A DNA stretch of 64,000 bases from Eledone cirrhosa. Taxonomy: Eukaryota. Shown here piece by piece: positions 55,759-64,000 of the stretch (within the stretch, counting starts at the first letter, position 1; every line of letters starts with the position of its first letter). Location: contig OZ024751.1 in assembly GCA_964016885.1 (NCBI GenBank), forward strand, positions 51,088,001-51,152,000, given 5' to 3'. The notes under the pieces were generated by a model. The model made no database searches, was not told where the DNA came from, and saw only the letters and a list, made by a program, of their open reading frames with translations. The position numbers were made by a program, and so were the translations under genes.

Positions 55759-58550
55759 ACAGTTGCATTTATCTTGCTTTATGTTCATACGAGTTATCAC
55801 CAAGTCACAACCAGTGACCTCAAGAGACAACAAGGTCCGCCATGTTCAAGAAAGAACATACATACTCACACACGCATCTTTAGTGTTTAGACTTGTGATA
55901 TACTTATATTGACAAAATCTTCCTTAGTATATGGGCAGTTCCCATTAGTACTATCTTTTGTATTTCTCCTATATGCGGGTTTCCTGGGATTTGCGATAAG
56001 TAATCATTAGACCCCTTAGGTATCATTCCCAGAGCGCCTACAACCACTGGTATTGTTTTAGTTCTCAATTTCCACATTTTTCCAATTTCTATCTCCAGGT
56101 CCTTATACTTGCTCAATTTTTCAAATGTTTTTATAGATACATTCTTGTCTATTGGAACAGACATATCAATTAGCAGGCATACCCTCTTTTTAAAGTCCTT
56201 CAATATTATATCAGGTCTATTTGCATCTATTTTTCGGTCTGTTTGGATGCTAAAGTTCCACAAGATTGAGATGTGATCTTTTTCAAGTATGGGAGGTGGT
56301 TGATGCTCCCACCAATTCTTTTGATGGGGCAGGTCAAAATGCTTACACATTATCCAATGTATGTATTGTGCAGCTCTGTCATGCCTGTTTAGGTATTCGG
56401 TTGGAGCTATAGGACTGCACATTGAAATTATATGGTCAATGGTCTCTGGTTGTTTTTTGCATGCACGGCATAATGGGCTGCATCCATTTTTTATTATGTT
56501 GGCTTGGTAATTTTTTGTTGGCAGACACTGATCTTGTGCTGATATAATCAGTCCTTCAGTCTCCGATTTCAGTCCAGAAGATGCCAACCACTGATGGGTT
56601 AAAGTTTTGTCAACATCAGGATTGTTAGCTCGCTCTGGGTATTTTCCATACAGAGGCTTTTCTTGCCATTTCTTAGCCAGTTTCTGTAGCAGTTCTTCCT
56701 TTGCAGTTACTTTTACCTGCTTTGCTTTTTCTGTGTTTTCCATTTCAGCAGTAAATGGGACTTCTGAAATTTGTAGTCCATTACTGTATCTTTGTGCATC
56801 TTTTGTAATGGAATATGATCTTTTGATGCTTTCGTGTTTCAAAACGAGTTTGATCATCCAATCATGTGATTCCCTTAGATATGTAGATAATCCAATTGTT
56901 GCAGTTTTCAACGCAATGTCTAATTGGATTAACCCACGTCCTCCTTCTTTCCTAGGGAGATATATTCTATCTATATCTGCCTTAGGGTGATGCATTCTGT
57001 GCATGGTTAAGAATTTTCGAATTTTTGTATCGAGCCTACGGATCTCTGTGCTTGACCAGTTGATGACATTGTAACTGTAGGTTACTACTGGTATGGCAAG
57101 CGTGTTTATGGCATCGATCCTATTCCTTGCATTCAATTCCATTCTTAAGATTGCTCTTACTCTGTGGTAACATTCCTTCCTTATCCTTTCTCTCATTGTC
57201 GAGTGCTTGATTCCGTCTCCTTCACAAACACCTAGATATTTGTAAGTTTTTTTCTTGATCAAGTTCTCTTATCACGTTCCCCTGATCAAGATTAATGTCC
57301 AAACTCTTCAGCAGCTTTCCTCTGGTGAACATTGCTTTGGCGCATTTATCTAATCCAAACTCCATTTTAATGTCATCACTGAACTGCTCCACAGTGGATA
57401 ATAGCCCTTGCAATTGTTCATCATTTTTTGCAAATAGTTTCAGGTCATCCATGTAGAACAAGTGATTAATGGTTTTGTCATAGACTTTATATCCATGTTT
57501 TGTTTCATTGAGCATTTTACTTAATGGTATAAGTGCGATGCAGAATAAAAGCGGTGATAAAGAGTCACCCTGAAAAATTCCACAATTAATATTAACTTCT
57601 CCAGCTTCCAGTGATTTTGTTTCACTATTCAAAAGGAGTGTCGTTTTCCATGTCTTCATACTGAATGACAAAAACCTCCTGACAACGGGGGATATTTTGA
57701 AAATCTCTAAACATTTTTCAATCCAACTGTGTGGCAAACTATCGAATGCTTTTTTATAATCTATCCAAGCAATCGATAGATTTTTGTGTCTATTATGACA
57801 ATCTTCCAGTATCATTTTGTTAACCAGAAGCTGATCCTTACAGCCATATGAGCCTCGTTTACACCCTTTCTGCTCAATGGGAAATAGGTCATTTGTTATC
57901 AGGTGGTCATATGTGTATTCAGTTAGGACTGATGTTAAAATTTTATACATTGTGGTCAAGCAAGTTATCGGTCTGTAATTTTTGGGATTGTTTGTCTCAT
58001 CATTCTTCGGAAGCAGGAATGTAATGCCGTTAACTAGCCATGATGGTATCTTTTCTGGCTCCTTAACTATTTCATTGTAAAGTTGGGCTAACAGCCCATG
58101 AGACTCTGTGAAGGCATTTATCCAAAAGTTTTGTATTTTGTCTTTTCCTGGGGATTTCCATTTGCTGGTTTTTCTTAGAGCCAAGCGCAACTGTTCAACT
58201 GTTATATTTTCCCATATTTGTTCCTCAAGGTGAACTGTATCTTTCATTTGTCTGTCTATCCATGGGGCATGTATGTTATGAACTTTTTCTTCGGCCCAGA
58301 TCTTTTCCCAGAATTCTTGCACTTCCTCCTTGGGTGGTATTGATTTAGCAGTTATTGTTGACTTACCAATTTTTCTGTAGAAGTTTCTTTGGTTGTTTTT
58401 GAACATATTATTGTCCTTATAGAATCTAGATCGTTTTTCAAAGCGCCTTATACGAGCAGCTTTGGCCGACACTTTTTGCTTGATTATTTCTATCAGCATG
58501 TCTATGTCACTTGTTGATTTTATACTGTACTTTTTTTTCAATTTTCTAAG

Positions 58551-58553
<3 letters not shown>
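55759..58553 (-). mobile_element. R4/Dong-type non-LTR retrotransposon (RT + RLE), 5'-truncated, one frameshift at ~57245
   Basis: WKSPGKD, NYRPITCL, DYKKAFDS, GIFQGDSLSPLLF, FYMDD, YKYLG, GGRGL, CRAC..ETIDHIISMC, RHD, RPDII..D, EKLSKY; (TTA)n on both flanks. Confidence 0.93.
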
Positions 58554-58618
<65 letters not shown>

Positions 58619-58964
58619 GGCGACCTACGTAGTAAATCGTATCATCGTGAGCTCCGCAAAGGTTTGTGATTTTCAGTTGTTTAAAATTGCCATTTATGGA
58701 AAATTTTTATTGTGCACATACATTGTTTCTGAAAAGGACACTCAAAAAGATTGATGCCTTGAGCCCAAAGTCACACCTTCCTCACAAACTAACACCTCAC
58801 ACCGACACCACCATTGTAAATATTACTACGTTTGCCAACACTAAAAATATAAGCAGTAGCAATATTTTATATTTGTCTCAGGCAGACATTCATTTCCCGC
58901 CATTACCACCACCACCGCGACAACAGAAACAAAAGAAAAAAATAAATTAACTCGTGATATCGAA

Positions 58965-60645
58965 ATGAATTCAACCAAAATGAACTCTTCCACACCGAAC
59001 ACCACTGACGCCACCACCACAACTGAAACTAAAATTAATAATAACAAAAATAACGATAACAACAACAGCAACAATGATATTAAGAAAACTACCCTGAGTT
59101 TTGCCAGAGTAGCAAAACAGTGCGAAGCATTTCAGGTAACTCAGGAGGAATTAGAAGAAGCCAAAAAAAATGGTAAAGAAAGATGGGTACAGGGTCAGCC
59201 TCACCCGCCCCCTAATAAAATGGAGCATCGGCGCCTATGCGCCGTGTCTTATCGAGCAATTAATATAAAATCGCGCCGAGTGGAACGGGCATCCGAGTCC
59301 CAAATCCAAAAAGTTTTGGGACATTTGTGGGCAAAAAAACCCCACATCAGACGTGGGCAGAAGTATGGAACCATGGACGTGTTCTTTGAAACACCACAGG
59401 AGGCTAGAGAATACTCCATGGCCCCATTAAGAAGTGACGACTTCACACTCGTCCCAAGCTATTGTGGCCAGAGACTTGTAAAGATCAGGGTGACCCACGT
59501 TCCACCGGCCATCGAAATTCCCTGGCTAATAGCTGCCGTCCTCGCCGGCATCGAAGCCAACACCAAGATAATCGAAATAGCGAAAGAAAAGCAGGAGAAC
59601 TGGTCCAGATCAGGGATGGAGCTCCTGATCCAAGCGGACCAAAAAAGCATTGAGGAGATCCCAGAGGTAATAGACCTCACTGACGACAGCCACCTCACCG
59701 TAATTGTTGAGGGCAGAAGGCCTAGGTGTGTCGTTTGTGGTGAAGGAACCCACCTAAGGGCTTTCTGCCCTCAGGCTAAAAGGTTGAGGCCACCTCTCTT
59801 ACCCATCCCAGTGACTCAACCATCAACACCACCAGCAGCAGAGATGGCAGGAACAAATGTAGCAGCAACAACAGAAGCAACTGTAACAGCAACAACCCCA
59901 GCAACAGTAGCAAAACCAACACCACCACCACCCAACGCGCCAGAACTAGCACCAGCGCCTACACCATCCACCACGCCACAACCAAAACCAACGCCTGTGG
60001 AGGATTTTCCACTCCCTGGCCTATCACAACTGGAGACAGATTGTGACGACGAGGAGTGGGAAACGGTATCAGGAAAAAAGAAAAAAAGAAACCAAAAAAG
60101 AAAAAAATTCTCTTCCCTCCCCCTCCAAAAACAAAATACAGAGGGAAACAAATAAACTATCAAACAAAAAAGTTAGGACAGATATGCCACCATCCACACC
60201 AGCATCACCAACCCCATCACCACAAACACCAACATCATCACCATCATTAACCCCAACACCACCATCACCAACATCACAAAAGTCACCAAAAAGCGAAACA
60301 GAAACAAACCCACAACAAACGCAAACAAAACAAAACAACCAAAACGATACACACTACGCAGCATTAAATTTGAACAACAACCAATTATTACACTACATCC
60401 AACACAACACCAGCATCACAGAAAAAGACTACACAACAACCCAAAAGTTCACACCTCCTCCACACATACAAATCACTAGCATCACACAGAAAACGTACAC
60501 GACACTAAAACAAAAATTCCCCAAAGACATCGGAGACTTCCGACAAGCACTCTCCAGGAGGATTTATAAGGACATCCTTCCGGAGGAGGCCACAAGCAGT
60601 GAAAAGGATGGAGAAACCATCCTTCCTCTACGAGAAGTAAGGTAA
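58965..60645 (+). pseudogene. ORF1 (gag-like; zinc knuckle, Pro/Thr-rich tail), apparent frameshift at ~60100
   Basis: CVVCGEGTHLRAFC; the frame continues as ORF 60043-60645 after A-runs. Confidence 0.8.
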
Positions 60646-60679
60646 GTGGTCTTTCCCATCTTATCCACTCTATTTCAAC

Positions 60680-63600
60680 ATGACTTCACTCAGAATAGGC
60701 AGCATAAATGCGCGTGGCTTGGGGTCGTCATGGAAGCAGGGCCACCTGCTCAACGACCTCAGGTCACTAAACATAGATGTAGTGGCCATCAGCGAGACCA
60801 GAATCTCCGAAGCACGGGCCTTCGCACCGATCTTCGGCGGCTACGATGTGTACGCATCTCCCAGCCGTCCGGGATCGGAGGGAGGAGTTGCTGTGCTTTT
60901 TCGGAGAGGTTTGGATCTCGCCTTACGGGCCATATTCCTGGACCCGGAAGGTAAGTTGGTGGTGCTGGACATGACCAGCGGAGACGGGCAAGCTTTCAGG
61001 CTAGTGGCCGTCTATACCCCTACAGGAGCAGGGCGGCCTGATTTCTTCCGGCGTCTGGAGACCTTTCTTGGAACGTCCCGCTCTTTAGTGTTAGTGGGCG
61101 ACTGGAACGGGATCTTAGATGCACGCTGGGACTGTGTGGGATTAGCGGATAGGGGTGGAGGGTGCAAGAGCCTCACCAACCTGCTCAGGCGTTTTGAACT
61201 GTCTGACAGGTTCCGATTGGATTTCCCGAATGTGTCAATGTGGACTTGGACAAATCGCATAGGGTTATCCAGATCATATCTAGATAGAGTATTTTGTAGG
61301 GAAATAGATAGGTCTAGCATAGGCTGTCCACAATTCAAGATAGTCAGCTACACGGACCACAAATTCGTGATCTGTGTGCTTGACTTAGATAGGCTTCATA
61401 GACGAGGACCTAGCTACTGGAAGCTAAACGCGTCCTTACCAACGCGCAAGGCCTACAGAGACCGGATTAGCGAACTAGTTAAGCGGGCGTTGACGCAGGC
61501 CATCGTCAACAAAAAGTGGTGGTTTGCTCCGAAAAGAGCGATTAGAATAGAATCCATTAGGTTTAGTAAGGCTTTAGTAATAGAGAAAAATAGAGCAGAG
61601 GGAGAACTAGTTAGAAAATTAGACGAGGCGCTTAGCAAAGGCATCGCGACCGACGTGCTTGCGGCGAAATTGGCCCTTGACCAATTCTTCAATGCAAAGC
61701 ACGAAGGCTGCGTTGTCAGAGCTAGGGTGCCTGCTCTCAGACACGAGGGGACGAAAGCCGTTCAATGGGCCCGTGTGGCGGAGGCGCGTCGTGGCAAAAA
61801 AGCCACGATCCGGTTTTTGGTGGACCACGACGGGCGCATGCTACACGATCCCGGGCAAATGTGTGAAGCTTTTCAGCGACACTTCGCTCAGCTGTTCGGG
61901 GGCAGCGGTGGGCCGGGTCGAGGGATGGACTTTAGTGTCTACCTCGACGGACTGCCGCGGCTCTCGGCCACTGAGGCGGAGTGTTGCGAAAAGCCGATAA
62001 CAGCCGCTGAAGTACAGGAGGCAATGACTGGCTGCACAAGGGGTAAATCGCCTGGTTTGGATGGTCTGCTCTATGAACTTTACGTACAGATGCCAGACTT
62101 GTTCGGAGGCCTCTTGGCGGACGTCTACTGCAACTGGCAACAGAAGGGGAGAATTCCCAGCTCTGTGAGCCGAGGAGCGGTGGCACTGCTCAGAAAGGAT
62201 CCGAACAAGGAGGATAACATAGATAATTTCAGGCCCATAACTCTGCTAAACACAGAGTTCAAGATTTTGGCCAAGGTGCTAGCAAAGAGGTTGGCGCTTG
62301 TCGTTGGTGGTCTGGTGGGAGAGGCGTAGACATGCGCCATTGCCGACAGATCCATCCACGACAACCTCCACCTCATGCGATACATCGTAGAGAGGGTAGC
62401 TAGGGAACCTGGCACGGGTGGGTCCTTGATCAATTTAAATCAGTCGAAAGCTTTCGATAGGGTCGACCATCGTTACCTAGCGGCAGTCCTGCGGGCGGCT
62501 GGCATTGGGCCCGTCTTCAGAGGCTGGATCGCTGCCATGCACAGCGACATCTTCTCTGTGGTGAGAGTGAACGGTCACCTTTCGGAACCGTTCAACATCA
62601 TGCGCTCGGTCCGCCAAGGATGTCCCCTCTCGTCCCTCTTGTACGTATTGACTCTCGAGCCATTACTGCACAAACTGGAGACGTTGAGGGGCGTCCCGTG
62701 CGAACTAAGATGCAGAAGATCCGTGTCAGCATATGCGGACGATGTCACCGTAGTGGTGTCGAACGCCAAACACATCGAGGCGATCGGCACTACACTAAGA
62801 GAATACGAAGCGGTGACAGGAGCAATGATCAACCAGGAAAAGTCAGTGGGCCTGCAGCTCGGCACCTGGAGAGGCAGGTACATGCCGTCCAACAGCGTCG
62901 TCGGGCGCTGGACGGACGGACCGGTTAAATTGCTAGGGGCGTGGTTCGGTCCGGACCTCCAGACGGACAAAAACTGGGACGAGGTGATGAGCAGGGTGGC
63001 TTCTCTCACCCAGAAATGGGCGGAGAGGAAGCTATCCCTGAAAGGTCGAGCGGAGGTGGCTAACGCGTAGATCGCGTCTGTCATCTGCTACCGCCTGACC
63101 GTCGTACCTTGTCCTAAGCCCCGCCTGATTGCGCTGGAGCGTTTGCTCTTTCGCTTTTTGTGGAAGGGACGCGCTCTGATGGTCAGGCGGTCCATCTGCT
63201 GTCAACACCCGCTACGTGGAGGGCTGGGAATGCCGTGGCTGATGATGCGCAGACACGCGCTCAGGCTACGGCATCTCCACCTCTTCCTCGACGGTGATCA
63301 GGTGTGGTCGCCATTTGCTAGACACGTATTTCCCCAGCTCGTTTCCTTGACGGAGCTGCAGTCCTGGGTCAAGTGAAGACCGAGAGGGAGCTCCTGGAGA
63401 CTGGAATGTCTTCAGGTGCTCACAGCCCTCGACCAATCGGGCAATGTGAATGGTGGAAACTCCACCTTGGCGTTCTATAGAGGATTAGTGGAGGGGAAGA
63501 GCGACGACGTACTTGGGGAAACTCTAGGTGTCGACGAAAATCAACTAGCCAATCTCTTCGGAAGAACTTTCGGGCCGGGGCCTATGGACAACTTCCAGAA

Positions 63601-64000
63601 ATCTCTGGCCTGGCAGTACTACCGAGGAGCCTTGCCAGTTCGGGATAAACTCTACAGGCATGGAGGTGCCGTCAGCCGGGCATGTCCGAGATGCGCGCAG
63701 GGCGATGAAACCGTCCTGCACGCACTCGTCCAGTGTCCGAAAATTGCTGACTTGTGGGTTTATGTCGAACACCTGCTGTCGCGTGTAGGATGGATCCGGC
63801 TATCATCTGAGTCCATCGTGAGGATTGCCCCGCCCTCTTCCCTTAGCCGGGAAGGGCAGGCAGTTTTTATCTGTCTGGTGGCCATGGCGAAAGAGATAGT
63901 ATGGTGGATACGTTTGAAAGGGCTGAAGACGAGCACTTACCTCTTCGGTGATGCTCTGATTAACTTTTTCAAATTTCATTTGAAAAGGAAAATCAGGGTA
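60680..64000 (+). pseudogene. ORF2 (APE endonuclease + RT), in-frame stops at 62327, 63068 and 63374
   Basis: SINARGL, SET, GDWN, YLDR, TDH; KSPGLDG, FRPITLLN, KAFDRV, RQGCPLS, YADD; CPRC..ETVLHALVQC. Confidence 0.92.

Larger units (their letters stand above)
58619..64000 (+). mobile_element. L1/Tx1-clade non-LTR retrotransposon, near full length, running off the window
   Basis: 5' UTR, ORF1 with CCHC knuckle, ORF2 with APE + RT + CCHC; abrupt rise in GC content. Confidence 0.92.

Overview
AT-rich, microsatellite-saturated eukaryotic DNA with no intact host gene, rRNA, tRNA gene or CRISPR array. The SINE/LINE complement and composition suggest an invertebrate, probably an octopus or other cephalopod (inference only). 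Most ORFs in the track are artefacts of (TA)n, (CAT)n, (ACC/ACT)n and similar repeats. Real coding remnants are all transposon-derived: many 5'-truncated RTE-clade LINEs whose RT carries an inserted PHD-type zinc finger; three R4/Dong-type (RLE endonuclease) LINEs; a CR1 3' end; a near full-length L1/Tx1-clade element (58.6-64 kb); a Neptune-type Penelope GIY-YIG fragment; and an internally deleted Helitron with both termini. The main hidden signal is more than 20 hammerhead-ribozyme (HHR) motifs (stem I-CUGANGA-stem II-GAAA-stem III-UH) in about 8-10 distinct repeat families. Many sit in long fold-back (inverted pLTR-like) structures or tandem units embedded in (TA)n, i.e. a Penelope/retrozyme-like system. 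These include family-wide core variants (CAGAAGA, CCGAAGA), long stem II variants, fold-back junctions at the predicted cleavage triplet, and a shared downstream YYGAGYRCT motif. A 4.4-kb array of ~93 x 47-bp units arose from inside a LINE ORF and already shows higher-order structure. All calls were made by eye; coordinates may be off by a few bases.
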